Shown here: positions 1 to 12,670 of the stretch, in pieces | How the letters are laid out: every line of letters starts with the position of its first letter | Position numbering within the stretch: position 1 is the first letter of the stretch | From: Mobula hypostoma | Taxonomy: Eukaryota | Assembly: GCF_963921235.1 (NCBI RefSeq) | Contig: NC_086097.1 | Coordinates: 196,604,001 to 196,668,000, forward strand | DNA: 64,000 nucleotides | Direction of reading: 5' to 3' | Notes under the pieces: generated by a model | The model's database searches: none | Seen by the model: the letters and a program-made list of their open reading frames with translations, nothing else | What the model was told of the DNA's origin: nothing | Made by a program: the position numbers and the translations under genes

Positions 1-500
1 CCTTCTCACTATATCCTTTAATGCCCTGACCGGCTTCCACCTTAAATATACACATGGACTTGGCCTTCACCACAGTCTGTGGCAAAGCATTCCACAGATT
101 TACGACTTTTACAGAAAATTCCTCCTTACCTCTGTTCTAAAGGGTCACCCCAAATTATGAGGCTGTGCCCTTTAGTTCTGGATATCCCCACCACAGGAAA
201 CATCATCCCCACATCCACCCTAGCTAGTCCTTTCAACATCTGGTAGGTTTCAATGAGATCCCCCCGCCCCCCGCATTCTTTTAAATTCCAGTGAGTACAG
301 GGCCAAAAACTGCCTCAGCGCTCCTCATATGTTAACCCCATCATTCATGGAATCATCCTCGTGACCTCCTCTGGACTCTCTCCAATGATAACACATCCTT
401 TCCGAGATATAGGGCCCAAAACTGTTGACAACACTCCAAGTGCAGCCTGACTAGTGTCTTATAAAGGCTCAGCATTATCTCCTTGCTCTTATATTCTATC
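1..500 (-). mobile_element. CR1-clade LINE, degenerate 3' fragment (RT C-terminus)
   Basis: Colinear with the minus-strand CR1 copies at about 54700-55800 and 20940-21430 (shared blocks such as gcattccacagatt, aattccagtgagtacagg, gggcccaaaactgttgaca). Confidence 0.85.
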
Positions 501-1219
501 CTTCTATTTGGCCTGTAATGCTAATTCAAGTTTTTCTGTCCACAGATGCTGCCTGATCTGCAAAACAGAACACTGCATTCTATATTTAAAGAGTTCCTGC
601 TTCATACATTAAGTACTTCATTAAAAGCCAGCCTGAAAATTAAATCAGGCAGAAAAATTATAGTGTCTAATGAGCTCGCCATATTTTTCTCTGGTTGTCA
701 TGCATTCAGCATTGTGAACAGGTAATTAGTATGAGAAAACAGCTAATTAGTATTGTGGTCAAAGGACCTGCTCCTGCACTGTACTGTTCTAAAATCTTAC
801 CTCACGTCACCGTATCTCATTAGGGCAAAACAAAAGGTTGATTTGCACTGGAAGGCTGGTGTCCTCTGCTTCCAGATAAAAGACAACTGCAACTAAACTT
901 ATTTTTTACAATTGCAAGACCCGGCTGGACATTAAGAACTTAAAATGCTGCAGGTCTACCCCATCAGCGGTAGATGCTCGTTACTGGTTAGCAGAGAAAC
1001 TGAAGGAGCTGGATGGTGCAGATCGTGCTGCTGCCTGCATCAAAGGTGTTAGTGCACAACGGTGGTGTGCTAGCTAACAGTGAGTGCTCATCTTAGTTGC
1101 TTTTCTTCTGATCGCAAAAACCTGTTTGACATTTTTAATGTTGAATGCTGCAAAGTCCAATCCACTGGTTAATTGGTGGACGGTGGGACGGCGGGGGATC
1201 TGTGTCCTTTGGTTGTAGC

Positions 1220-1463
1220 TATTATGGGTTGTAACTCCAAAATGTAAAGCTAATTGAAAGAAAATCAAGGGAGCCCAAGAGATGCATGCAAACTTTGTAA
1301 CTTCGATTTTACTTTAATTGAGGTGCGTGCGTACGCCATAGTGACATAATGACAAGCCATTCATGTACTTTTACATATAACACTATGTATATAAACAAAG
1401 AATGCTGAATCAAACAATATATTTACATTCCTCAAATACTACTGAAATATTAAACATACAAGT
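1220..1463. mobile_element. Possible solo LTR-like repeat (~244 bp)
   Basis: AT-rich block interrupting a GC-richer region, flanked by a near-duplication gtagc (1215-1219) / gtagt (1464-1468). Termini are not clean TG..CA, so the assignment rests mainly on recalled resemblance to an elasmobranch LTR. Confidence 0.3.
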
Positions 1464-1669
1464 GTAGTGTGGACTGGACCTCAAGCTGAGGTGTCACCTG
1501 TTTACAAGTGCCAGCAGAGGGGCGGAGTCAGTGCACTCCACCAGAGGCGGTGTAGCACGGATCCCAAGCTGGAGTCAGCACTCACCCCCAATGTTTGCTC
1601 ATCAGAAGACAAACTGTATTTGTTCAACTGCAGACAGCTGCAAGATTCATGGACTCAGAGACTTGGATA

Positions 1670-2527
1670 TACAAAAGCTTGGGCACCCCTCGTCAAAATT
1701 TCTGTTACTGTGAATAGCTAAGCGAGTAAAAGATGAACTGGTTTCCAAAACGCATAAAGTTAAAGATGACACACCACTTTAATATTTTAAGCAAGATTAC
1801 TTTTTTATTTCCATCTTTTACAGTTTCAAAATAACAAAAAAGGAAAAGGGCCAGAAGCAAAAGTTTGGGCACCCTGCATGGTCAGGACTTAGTAACACCC
1901 CCTTTGGCAAATATCACAGCTTGTAAACGCTTTCTGTAGCCAGCTAAGAGTCTTTCAATCTTGTTTGGGGGATTTTCGCCCATTCTTCCTTACAAAAGGC
2001 CTCTAGTTCTGGGAGATTCTTGGGCCGTCTTGCATGCACTGCTCTTTTGAGTTCTATCCACAGATTTTCGATGATGACTTTCAGGGGACTGTGAGGGCCA
2101 TGGCAAAACCTTCAGCTTGCGCCTCTTGAGGTAGTCCATTGTGGATTTTGAGGTGTGTTTAGGATCATTATCCTGTTGTAGAAGCTATCTCTTTTCATCG
2201 TCAGCTCTTTTACTGACAGTGTGATGTTTGCTTCCAGAATTTGCTGGTATTTAATTGAATTCATTCTTCCCTCTACCAGTGAAATGTTCCCCATGCTACA
2301 GGCTGCAACACAAGCCCAAAGCATGATCGATCCACCCCCGTACTTAACAGTTGGAGAGGTGTTCTTTTCATGAAATTCTGCACCCTTTTTTCTTCAAACA
2401 CACTTTTGCTCATTGCCGCCAAAATTCAGCGTCAGAAGTTTGCAAAGGAACATCTAAACAAGCCTGATACATTTTGGAAACAAGTCCTGTGGACCGATAA
2501 AGTTAAAATAGAACTTTTTGGCCACAA
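1670..2527 (-). mobile_element. Tc1-family DNA transposon remnant (IR/DR terminus plus transposase C-terminal part, with an inverted internal piece)
   Basis: Direct repeat caaaag(c/t)ttgggcaccc at 1672-1688 and 1858-1874. Minus-strand translation gives PTVKYGGGSIMLWAC and [32 protein letters not shown]. Plus-strand 2421-2527 gives FAKEHL..FWKQVLWTD.VKIELFG. Confidence 0.9.
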
Positions 2528-3089
2528 GTACTTGTTGTCTTTTACTTCAAATACTCTAATGACTCCTTCAGATACATGGGTGAGGATTGTAACACACTGT
2601 GAGAAAACGGATCAAAGACCAAATTGGAAACCTTGGCCTTAATACTATTTTAAAAATAATTCTGTATTAGTTACATTAGAAATAGAATAAATAATTATAT
2701 AAACCATAAAGGAGTCAAATAACAGATACATTAATTGCCTCAAGTACCATTAACTAACAAATTCAAAATAAAATCAATTGATCTCAGCCACATTTATGCT
2801 TAATTTTCCGACTACAGTTAGAAACATATACTTCAGAACATATTTTATACAATAGGCCCCAATACATACAGTGTTACCATATTAGAGATAGAGCTGCCTA
2901 CTGTAACTTGTTACCTAATGTCAGTACAACCTGACATTGTGTTCAATATGATGCAGGACTGGGATTTAAATCTCACTTGGAGTCATGGAAACATTTTTAA
3001 ACGAGTGAGCTACGTGAGAGTAATCTCTCCCCATTCTTAATCAATGCTCCTTCTGACATGAATTATTCAGAAATACACTATCTCCTTCG

Positions 3090-3455
3090 ATAACTCCTAA
3101 CACCACTAGGTTCAGGAACAGTTACTCCCAACCATTGGGCTCTTCAACCAAAGGGGATAACTTCACACATCTTCACTTGACCCATTATGAAATGTTCTCA
3201 TAACCAATGGATTCACTTTCAAGGACTCTTCATCTCATGTTCTCAATATTTATTGCTTATTTATTATTTCTCTTACATTTGCACTATTTGTTGTCTTCTG
3301 CACTCTGGTTGAATACCCTAGTTGGGAAGACATTCACTGATTACATTATGGTTACTACTCTATAGATTTATTGAATATGCTCAAGAAAATTAATCTGTGT
3401 TGTACATTGTGATATATGTACTTCGATAATAAAATTTACTTAGAACTTTGAACCT
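3090..3455 (+). mobile_element. Non-LTR retrotransposon 3' end (Rex1/Babar-like tail)
   Basis: aggttcaggaacag block shared with about 54050; ends in aataaa followed by a (gaactt)n-like tail; similar to 42980-43172. Confidence 0.5.
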
Positions 3456-5702
3456 CAGAAATACTTCTTGATTATCAAATGTCCAAACTTTAAACTTAAA
3501 AACCACACTAATTGCTTCAGCCATTTGTTGCCGGAAGTATCTTGGTTCCTAGGATGGTGACAGCTCCTTAAAAAGGATGCCCCATGCTATTTTCAGACAG
3601 AAACAGACCGGGACAAGGAGAAGCTTTGAAACAGTGGGGATCAGAAGAAAGAAACAACTCTCAACTTCTATGCATATTGATAGATCCAAACTGAAGGACA
3701 GTTATATACTGGTCTGTAGGATCAGAGAGACATTAATAAACCTCTAATTAGTAGGGAGAAACATTTAAAAGCTTTTACACAGAACCTGGTATATTGTAAA
3801 GAGCAAAATATTTCAGCTGTTAGTATTCTGAGGTCAAACTGAAATTTCTGGAAAATTATGCCTAAGTGAGGGATCATCAACCTTATAAGGGTGAGTTGGA
3901 ACATACTCAGTCTGAACCTTTTCATCCCTAGTCCATCCAGAACCATCTGCAGAGACCAATCTCTGCACTGCAGATGTCCCATCAGCAGAATGTGGTTAGA
4001 GCTCCAGACAGCACATTCAGAAACCCTGTCTCCAGCACTATCCTGACAATCTCATGCTGTCAAATCTCTGATGAGAGACATTTAAAAACACATGAACTTG
4101 ATTGAAATAATTTAAAAACAAACAAAAGCAAAACACATTAAACTGCTATTAGTAAAATTATAAATGCCTACTGAAGTTAACAAGAAAAGAAAGGCATAAA
4201 ACAAGAAGCCAGATACAAATGGCAAGAAAGAAGTAATTTACAGAATGTCAATGGACTCGGTGGTGAGTTTGGGAAAAATGATGGCAGATATGCCCACATT
4301 TGACCTGCAACATGTTTCTTATTTCCGCACTACAAACTTAGTTCATGCTAACACACACGGTGCAGCTTATCAGCTGCCCTTTATAGAAACAGTGGCCTGG
4401 TGAAGCTCAATCTGCCCCATTAAACCTGTTTCTCTTTCAACCAATATTACCTAACTTGCTGAGTATTTCCTTATGTTCTCTTTACAGGAGACATTGAAAC
4501 TGTTGGCCAGGTGGAAAAGAGCACCAGAAATGTGGCAAGTGCAGCAGCGAGGATACATGAACAAGAGCAGGAAGGAGGTAGAACAAGAATAGTGAGGAAG
4601 CAGTAAGGAGGCATTAATTGGAGTGTGAGGACAGTAGCATACCTAAGTCGAAATATGACAAAAAAATCAGTACAGCCAGCGCTCAGGTTACATTGGTTTC
4701 TATTCTGATTTCTATTTCTGAGAACTGTCTGTTAAGCTGATTGTTCTGCAAGTCAGACATGAACAATCTCATACAAAGCCAAGATAAAATCCCACTGCCT
4801 CAAATTGTGGAGCTCCCTTTCCTTGTGCACTACCTTGCATAAGGCATGTCATCTGTTTTCCATAGCATACCAATTAGACTTCACACAATTTCTCCCAGAT
4901 ATGCCTTGTTAGCCAACAAAACAATCATGTAAAGTCGGATTTCCGTAAGTCAGGTCTTCTGCAACCCAGGGACACCTTGTATCTGTCTACATACAACTTA
5001 AGTAAAACCTTCTTGCAAATGGTTTGGATTATAATTCTGACACTCCCAACAAAAAGTTCCACAATATTGATATAGAAAATGCTGGTCTCTAACCTTCTAT
5101 TCATGATTTGAAATCAAAGGCATATGCATTGCACCTCTGAACATAAAGCATTTTGACAAAATTTGAAAAAAAATTACTCTCTTTTGCTATTTGGCCTGCT
5201 AAATCATGAGTTTAAATCCAAATAAATCCATCAATTCCTGCTGGAGTCGCCCATGGATCTCAGCCCAAACTTTGTTGCTAAGGCAATGAGGCAATCTACT
5301 GAGATGTATTGGGGTTATTCTCATTTATTAAATTAAGTACTTAATAACTTTGACTGAGCTCATATCACTAAATTACATATAAACTGACTTTTAGAAATAA
5401 AAGTAATACACTTGAACAAAAAATATCCACAAAATACGTTCTTTTTTCCCTCTATATTTCTCCACCAAAAATAGTACCTTGTAATGGTGGAACAGACATA
5501 AAGGGCCAAACGACCTAATTCTTCTCCAATGTCTTACAGTTCTATCGTCATTAACCAGATTGCAATTTGAGTGCTCTTGATCTGTTTGGAAGAGCTTGTT
5601 TTTGCATACCTTACGCTTCCGTTTGGATAATTTAACATTATCCACCAAAAGAAAACTAGATATTTCAAGAGATTTACAAAAACATCAAGCTGATGAGAAG
5701 AG

Positions 5703-6635
5703 GTGGAGGACAAGCTTGTGACTAGTGGTGTCCCACAAGGATCTGTTCTGGGACCACTACTTTTCGTGATTTTTATTAACGACCTGGATGTGGGGGTAGA
5801 AGGGTGGGTTGGCAAGTTTGCAGACGACACAAAGGTTGGTGATGTTGTAGATAGTGTAGAGGATTGTCAAAGATTGCAGAGAGACATTGATAGGATGCAG
5901 AAGTGGGCTGAGAAGTGGCAGATGGAGTTCAACCCGGAGAAGTGTGAGGTGGTACACTTTGGAAGGACAAACTCCACGGCAGAGTACAAAGTAAATGGCA
6001 GGATACTTGGTAGTGTGGAGGAACAGAGGGATCTGGGGATACATGTCCACAGATCCCTGCAAGTTGCCTCACAGGTGGATAGGGTAGTCAAGAAAGCTAG
6101 TGGGGTGTTAGCTTTCATAAGTCGAGGGATAGAGTTTAAGAGTCGCGATGTAATGATGCAACTCTATAAAACTCTGGTTAGGCCACAATTGGAGTACTGT
6201 GTCCAGTTCGGGTCACCTCACTATAGGAAGGATGTGGAAGCATTGGAAAGGGTACAGAGGAGATTTACCAGGATGCTGCCTGGTTTAGAGAGTATGCATT
6301 CTGATCAGAGATTAAGGGAGCTAGGGCTTTACTCTTTGGAGAGAAGGAGGATGAGAGGAGACATGATAGAGGTGTACAAGATAATAAGAGGAATAGATAG
6401 AGTGGATAGCCAGCACCTCTTCCCCAGGGCACTACTGCTCAATACAAGAGGACATGGCATTAAGGTAAGGGGTGGGAAGTTCAAGGGGGATATTAGAGGA
6501 AGGTTTTTCACTCAGAGAGTGGTTGGTGCGTGGAATGCACTGCCTGAGTCAGTGGTGGAGGCAGATGCATTAGTGAAGTTTAAGAGACTACTGGACAGGT
6601 ATATGGAGGAAAAACTTCTTCACACAGAGTGGTGA
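5703..6635 (+). CDS. CR1 ORF2 C-terminal reverse-transcriptase fragment (open, 310 aa; last ~7 aa come from a nested insertion)
   Basis: ORF track; GVPQGSVLGPLLF and FADD motifs; no stops; no N-terminal RT or endonuclease because the copy is 5'-truncated. Confidence 0.85.
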   Translation: MEDKLVTSGVPQGSVLGPLLFVIFINDLDVGVEGWVGKFADDTKVGDVVDSVEDCQRLQRDIDRMQKWAEKWQMEFNPEKCEVVHFGRTNSTAEYKVNGRILGSVEEQRDLGIHVHRSLQVASQVDRVVKKASGVLAFISRGIEFKSRDVMMQLYKTLVRPQLEYCVQFGSPHYRKDVEALERVQRRFTRMLPGLESMHSDQRLRELGLYSLERRRMRGDMIEVYKIIRGIDRVDSQHLFPRALLLNTRGHGIKVRGGKFKGDIRGRFFTQRVVGAWNALPESVVEADALVKFKRLLDRYMEEKLLHTEW

Positions 6636-6864
6636 ATCTGTGGAATTCTCTGCCACAGGAAACAGTTGAGGCCAGTTCATTGGCTATATTTAAGAGGGAG
6701 TTAGATATGGCCCTTGTGGTAAAGGGATCAGAGGGTATGGAGGGAAGGCTGGTACAGGGTTCTGAGTTGGATGATCAGCCATGATCATTCCGAATGGCGG
6801 TGCAGGCTCGAAGGGCCAAATGGCCTACTCCTGCACCTATTTTCTATGTTTTCTATGTTTCTAT
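6611..6864 (+). mobile_element. Second CR1 3' end nested in the 3' end of the first
   Basis: Near-identical to the reverse complement of about 20830-21070; has its own (ttctatg)n-like tail at 6841-6864; the host resumes at 6865 (gaatttaag). Confidence 0.85.
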
Positions 6865-7423
6865 GAATTTAAGTTGGGGGCTTATATGGGAGGCAGGGTT
6901 TGAAGGTGGGCACAACATTGTGGGCTGAAAGCCTATACTGTGCTGTACTATTCTATGTTCTATGTTCTGACCAATATTTTCACAAATTAGGATTTTTTTT
7001 AAACTTTGATATACCAGAAACTTTCAGCAATTTTTAAACTTGCCTTCCATGTATGGATACACAGACAGATGATCCACTTCCTCATAAAAACAGCAAAAAA
7101 AAGTGTAATCCAGCTCATCTCAACCTACCACATGATCTGTTGCTGTATATTTAATGTCAACAAAGCTTATGGTTCTTGTTATCAGGACTGGCAAAACATT
7201 TACTGCCAAGGGAGCAATTGCACAAAAAGAATTGAGATCTCCAGCCTTCTGACTTTCATTGCACAGCTCAAACTTAAGCTAGGCAGTTCGTTGTTGTGGG
7301 TAATATCATATTCTATATGTCTGTGTGAACTCCTAACAATTAAGTTTTCCAGAATTCATTTCAACAGCCCAAATCTTCTTCCCTCTTAATAGTATTTTAA
7401 AAAATCATTTTGGCCTTTTCCAG

Positions 7424-7515
7424 TGGAGGATATCTCCAAAACGAGTCAATTTAATTGACGGGTTAATTATCCATCAATAATTAACGCTGAACTTTGGAGT
7501 TCAGCATGTTAACAT
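7424..7515. repeat. Array of consecutive short inverted repeats
   Basis: tggag/ctcca (7424-7438), gtcaatt/aattgac (7445-7459), gttaattat/ataattaac (7462-7485), gctgaact/agttcagc (7486-7505), atgttaacat (7506-7515). Confidence 0.85.
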
Positions 7516-7900
7516 CTGAAATGAGAAAGAGACTTCTTTTCCAATATGTATTTTGAGCGATTTATGGGGGAAACCAGATAACACAGCACCACCTGGTGTG
7601 ATGATAGGTAATTACTATTTGTCAATGTGTCAGTGAACAGAGCATTAGATAGGCAGCTGAACGCAATTATTTTTTCTGATTCAGAAGTTATAAGTTCAGG
7701 AGGCATGAGGACCACATCAGAGATCGAAGCACAGAAGACAATCAAGGCCCATGTATCCATGTAGTACTAAAGAGCACAATGATGGATAAACCACCTTTAG
7801 GCTGCGAAATTACCGCCATTAGCTCCCCCTGTAAAGTGAGTATGAAAGGTTCCATGACATTAATTTGAAAACTTAGCTCAAATGGCAGTATCTTTGCCCA

Positions 7901-8106
7901 ACACACATAAAAATGCTGGTGAACGCAGCAGGCCAGGCAGCATCTATAGGAAGAGGTACAGTCGACTATTCGGGCCGAGACCCTTCAACAGGCCCGAAAC
8001 GTCGACTGTAACTCTTCCTATAGATGCTGCCTGGCCTGCTGCATTCACCAGCATTTTTTATGTGTGTTGCTTGAATTTCCACCATCTGCAGATTTCCTTG
8101 TGTTTA
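7901..8106 (+). mobile_element. Penelope-derived fold-back (palindromic) insertion, copy 1
   Basis: Inverted arms of about 75 bp; 14-bp TSD agtatctttgccca at 7887-7900 and 8107-8120; degenerate hammerhead core at the turn. Confidence 0.85.
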
Positions 8107-8324
8107 AGTATCTTTGCCCATCCTGATTCACTTAGCTTGGTGACTACTGACTTTCTGCAAAGGAAACTGCAGATGACCTTGGAGGATATGCATGGTGGGG
8201 GGAAGCACTGGTGTTTGAATCAACTGGAAGCAAGCAGCAGTACTTTAACATTGCTGGCTGACATTTTATGGCCAGGACCGCAACTGGTGCTGTATTACTG
8301 GAGAAGATTGGCGCATTATTGAGT

Positions 8325-8925
8325 TTGATGAATATTTGAGAGTTTTTTGAAGAGGTAACCAGGAGGTTAGTTCGGGCAGTGGATGTTGCCTATTTGGACT
8401 TTAACAAGGCCTCAACACAGTCTCACATGGCAGTATGATCTTCAAGATTATAGGCCCATGGAATCCAGACAGAGCAAGTTAACTGGATTACAAATTAGTT
8501 TGGAGGCAGGAAGCACAGGGTGATGGTTAAAGGATGTTTCTTGGAGTGGAGACCAGTGACTAGTGGTATTGGGACCCTTGCTATCTGTTATTTATACAAA
8601 TTATTTGGATGTGAACGTACAAGGCTTCTTCAGTATGTTTGTAGATGACTTTCTAAACAAGCCTTATGCATTCACTTCCCAATCATTTTAGGCAAATCAG
8701 AGGTGTGGTTAAAGTGAAAAGATTATCAAGTACCTGGGGCTCTTGATTAGTTAGGACAGTCGGCAGAGGAGTAGCAACTGGATTCAGTACATACAAGTGT
8801 GAGGTAATATACTTTAGAAAGTCAACCAGCGGAACCAGAGGGCCTGGAGGGATACGAGGCAAACAAAGAAAATTGGGCCTAGCTACGTGTGCACTTTGGT
8901 TGGCATGGATTCGTTGGGCTGAAGA
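8325..8925 (+). mobile_element. Old, degenerate CR1 RT fragment
   Basis: Relics of FFEEVT, AVDV.YLDF.KA, W..VTSG..LGPLL and KCEV..F; many indels. Confidence 0.7.
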
Positions 8926-8934
8926 GTCTGTAGT

Positions 8935-10010
8935 AATACCTACATCAGTCTGCTGTTTATTCATTACAGCTCAGTGTTCAACACAATCATATTCTCGGTT
9001 CTAATCAATAAGCTCCAAAACCTGGGCCTCTGTACCTCCCTCTGCAACTGGATCCTTGACTTCCTCACTGGGAAACCAGTCTGTGTGAATTGGAAATAAC
9101 ATCTCCTCCTCGCTTCTCACTTACAATCAACACTGGTGCACCTCAAAGATGCATGCCTAGCCCACTGCTCCACTCTCGCTACACCCATGACTGCGTGGCT
9201 AGGCACAGCTTAAAGGCCATCTATAAATTTGCTGATGACAACTCTTATTGGCAGAATTTCAGATGGTGACAAGGAGGCGTACAGGAGCAAGCAGCTGGTT
9301 GAGTGGCGTCGCAGCAACAAACTTGTACTCAATGTCAGTGGGACCCAAGAATTGATTGTGGACTTCACGAAAGGGAAGTCGAGGGACCACACACCAATCC
9401 TCATCGAAGGATCAGTAATGAAAATGGTGAGCAGTTTCAAGTTCCTCGGTGTCAACATATCTGAAGATCTATTCTAGGCACAACATATTGAAGCAATTAC
9501 AAAGACAGCAGCTATTGAGTGTGAAGAGACTTGTTATGTCACCAAAGGCAGTCACAAATTTCTACAGATGTACTGTGGGGAGCATTCTAATTGGTTGCAT
9601 CGCCCTCTGGTATGGAGGAAACACTTCGCAGTATTGGAAACGGCTGCAGAAAGTTGCAAACTCAGCCAGCTCCATCACGGGCACTAGCCTCCACAGCATC
9701 GAGGACATCTGCAAAAGGCAATGGCTCAAAAAGGCGACATCAATCATGAAGGGCCCCCATCACGCAGGACATGCCCTGTTCTCATTGCTACCATCAAGCA
9801 GCCTGAAGACACACAAGGAATCTATGAATACTTCCTCACTTTTTTCCAGCTCTTTCCTGCACTACTTGGTTAATTTAATTTTTTTGGTTTTATATATACT
9901 TATTGTAATTTATAATATTTTATCATATATTGCAATGTACTGCTGCCATAAAACAACAAATTTCACGACATGTACCAGTGATATTAAAGCTGATTTTGAT
10001 TCTGATTCTG
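8935..10010 (+). mobile_element. Rex1/Babar-clade LINE, 5'-truncated, degenerate
   Basis: [61 protein letters not shown]; (gattct)n tail near 9995-10010. Confidence 0.85.
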
Positions 10011-11475
10011 CTGTATTGCTTTCTGTATGACTGTGTTATTTTGCTCTGTGACTCTATCATTGCCGTTTCTCTGGGATTGCATCACAGCAAGTCAAGTGAT
10101 CTGTTGGCGACAGATTGCTGGACCATGGCAACACCCTTCCAACATTATTCACAGCCAAGAGGGCAGCAGAGGTCACATGAAATCTGAGATCAGAGTTTCC
10201 CCTGCAGCACTCAGAGATTGGGTGGTTTCTATTTGTGCTGAAATGGAGCTTGACAGATTGGCCATCTGGAACTGTATGAAGGCTAAATCCATGTGTGCCT
10301 CCAGAGTTACCAACCAAAGCTCCATGCATGATCTGAACCAGGATTTCTTCATTGCTCCTTGACGTTACACTCTGGCTTTCAGGTAGACCTACAACGCATC
10401 AAGCACTGTACTCAGCACAGGCTTCTTAGTCTGAACCCTCTGCAGAAGAATTTGTGTACAACTCCGCACTGCCCTTTGCTCTACCCACAGGCTGTGCACC
10501 CAGTCCAGCCATAGGCAAACAGCACCCCTCATCTAACCAGTGCAAGTGGTGACATTATTTCATCTGCTGGCTGTTAAGGTTAAATCCACTGGCATTATTT
10601 CTTCATCTTCCTTGCCTTCTTTCCTTCTCCCCTCCCACACTCCAACCCCATCTCAAAGACTAAAGACACAAGGATGAGTTGTAGTGAAAGAAAGAAAAGA
10701 GATGGGGAAGGGAAGTGTTGCATCTTCCATAATTTATCAGATGATATTTTTGGGATTTATAAACTATTAGGAGTAGATAAGAGGATTGTTATTGTTCATA
10801 ATTCTGCCTCACTGTTGTCCACAAACTGAGGAAAAGCCACTTAAACTCTGCTTCCTTCATGGGAGTAGGGACATGGCTGTCAAGTATCAGTTTGCTGCAA
10901 ATGTCTTCAATTGTTACCTACCTTACCCTGAAAATCAGAGAGATATGTAACAATATGTACAACACAAACAGCAATAAGACATGGGGAAATTAGGCCACCG
11001 GTTCATCGAGGCTATTCTGCCATTCCATTATGGCTGATTTATTATCCCTCTCAACCCCATTTTCCTACCTTCTCCCCATAACATTTGATGTCCAGTCAAA
11101 CCAAGAAGCGATCAACCTTCACTTTAATTATACTCAATGACTAGGTCTCCACAGCTGTCCATGGCAAAGAATTCCACAGATTTACTATGCTCTGCCAAAA
11201 GAAATTCCTTCTCATCTCTGTTCTAAATCACTCTATTCTGAGACTGTGCCCTCTGGTCCTAGACTTCTCCACTGTAGGAAACATCCTCTCCACATTCACT
11301 CTCTTTAATCCTTTCAATATTCGATAGGTTTCAATGAGATCACCCACATTCATTAAACTCTAGCAAGTACAGGCTCAAAGCCATGAAACACTCCTCATAG
11401 GTTAACCCTGTCAATCCCGGAATCATTCTGGTGAACCTCCTCGGACCCTCACCAATGCCAATACATCTTTTCCTT

Positions 11476-12670
11476 CAGTAGTGCCAGAAAGTTTGTCAAC
11501 CCTGCAGAATTTTCTCTATTTCTGCATAACTATGACCTAAAATGTGATCAGATCTTCATGCAAGTCCTAGAACTAGATAAAGAGAACCCAAGTAAGTAAC
11601 ACAAAAAAAATTATTCTTGTTCATTTATTTATTGAGAAAAATAATCAAATATTACTTGCAGTTATTGGAAAAAGTATGTGAACCTGAGGTAATGCCTTCT
11701 GCAAAAGCTATTTGGAGTCGGGTGTTCCAATCAATGAGATGAAATTGGAAGTGTGGGTTGTAGAGCTGCCCTGCCCTATAAAACAGACACATAAAGTTAG
11801 GTTTCTGACAGCGCCTCCCTCCCTTCTCAAGAAAGATCTGTTTACGTGCACCATGCCTCGATCAAAACAACTTTCAGAGCACCATAGAAGAAGAATTGTA
11901 GAGATGCATGAAGCTGGAAAAGGCTATTAAAGTATTTCTAAAGACCTGAGTGTTAATAAATTCACAGTAAGAGAAATTGTCTACAAATAGAGGAAACTCA
12001 ATACTGTTGCTACTCTCCCCAGCAGTGGGCATCCTGCAAATATCACACAAACAGCACAACATGCAAGCTGAAGGAGGTGAAAAAAATGCAAGGGTAACAG
12101 CAAAAGACCTGCAGAAATCTCCAGGACTTGCTGAAGTCTCTGGTCATGTGTCCACTACAAGAAAAACACTGAACAAGTATGGTATTCATGGAAGGACACC
12201 ACGGAGGAAACCACTGCTCTCCAAAAAAAAGCATTGCTGCTTGTCTCAAGTTTACATTATTGTGGAAGGACCTGAAACAAACAGAAGCAGTTCTTGCAAG
12301 GAAGCCCACCATCATCCCAGAGTTGAAGCAGTTTTGTAAGGAATTTTTGGCCTAAAATTCCTCCAAGTCAATGTACAGGACTGAGCAACAGTTACTGGAA
12401 ATGTTTGGTTGAAGTTATTGCTGTATAAGGGGGTCACACCAATTACTGAAAGCAAATTTTCACATCTTTTTTCCAAGAAATACATGTAATATTGGATCAT
12501 TATTCTTAATAAATAAATGAACAAGATTGATGCTTTTTGTGTTATTTATTTAATTGGGTTCTCTTTTTCTACTTTTAGGATTTACATTAAGATCTGATCA
12601 CATTTTAGGTCATACTTAATGCAGAAATAGAGAAAATTTGACAGGGTTCACAAACTTTCTAGCAACATTG
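11476..12670 (+). mobile_element. Tc1-family transposon, internally deleted (~1.2 kb), both TIRs present
   Basis: TIRs of about 200 bp (cagtagtgccagaaagtttgtcaaccc... / ...gggttcacaaactttctagcaacattg) followed by TA at 12671-12672. Transposase starts at 11853 (MPRSKQLSEHHRRRIVEMHEAGKGY*SISK), continues to GRTPRRKPLLSKK, then jumps to LWKDLKQ, so most of the DDE domain is missing. Confidence 0.92.

Larger units (their letters stand above)
5703..6968 (+). mobile_element. CR1-clade LINE, 5'-truncated
   Basis: RT motifs SGVPQGSVLGP, KFADD, RDLG, LEYCVQF, FFTQRVV..WNALP; ends in a (ttctatg)n tail at about 6950-6968. Confidence 0.95.

Noticed and set aside
1074..1268. 64-aa minus-strand ORF and an apparent acceptor at 1250
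   Set aside because: All frames close before the 801 donor, and the acceptor lies inside the LTR-like block.
5276..5289. RFX X-box-like motif gttgctaaggcaat
   Set aside because: A single imperfect motif without supporting context.
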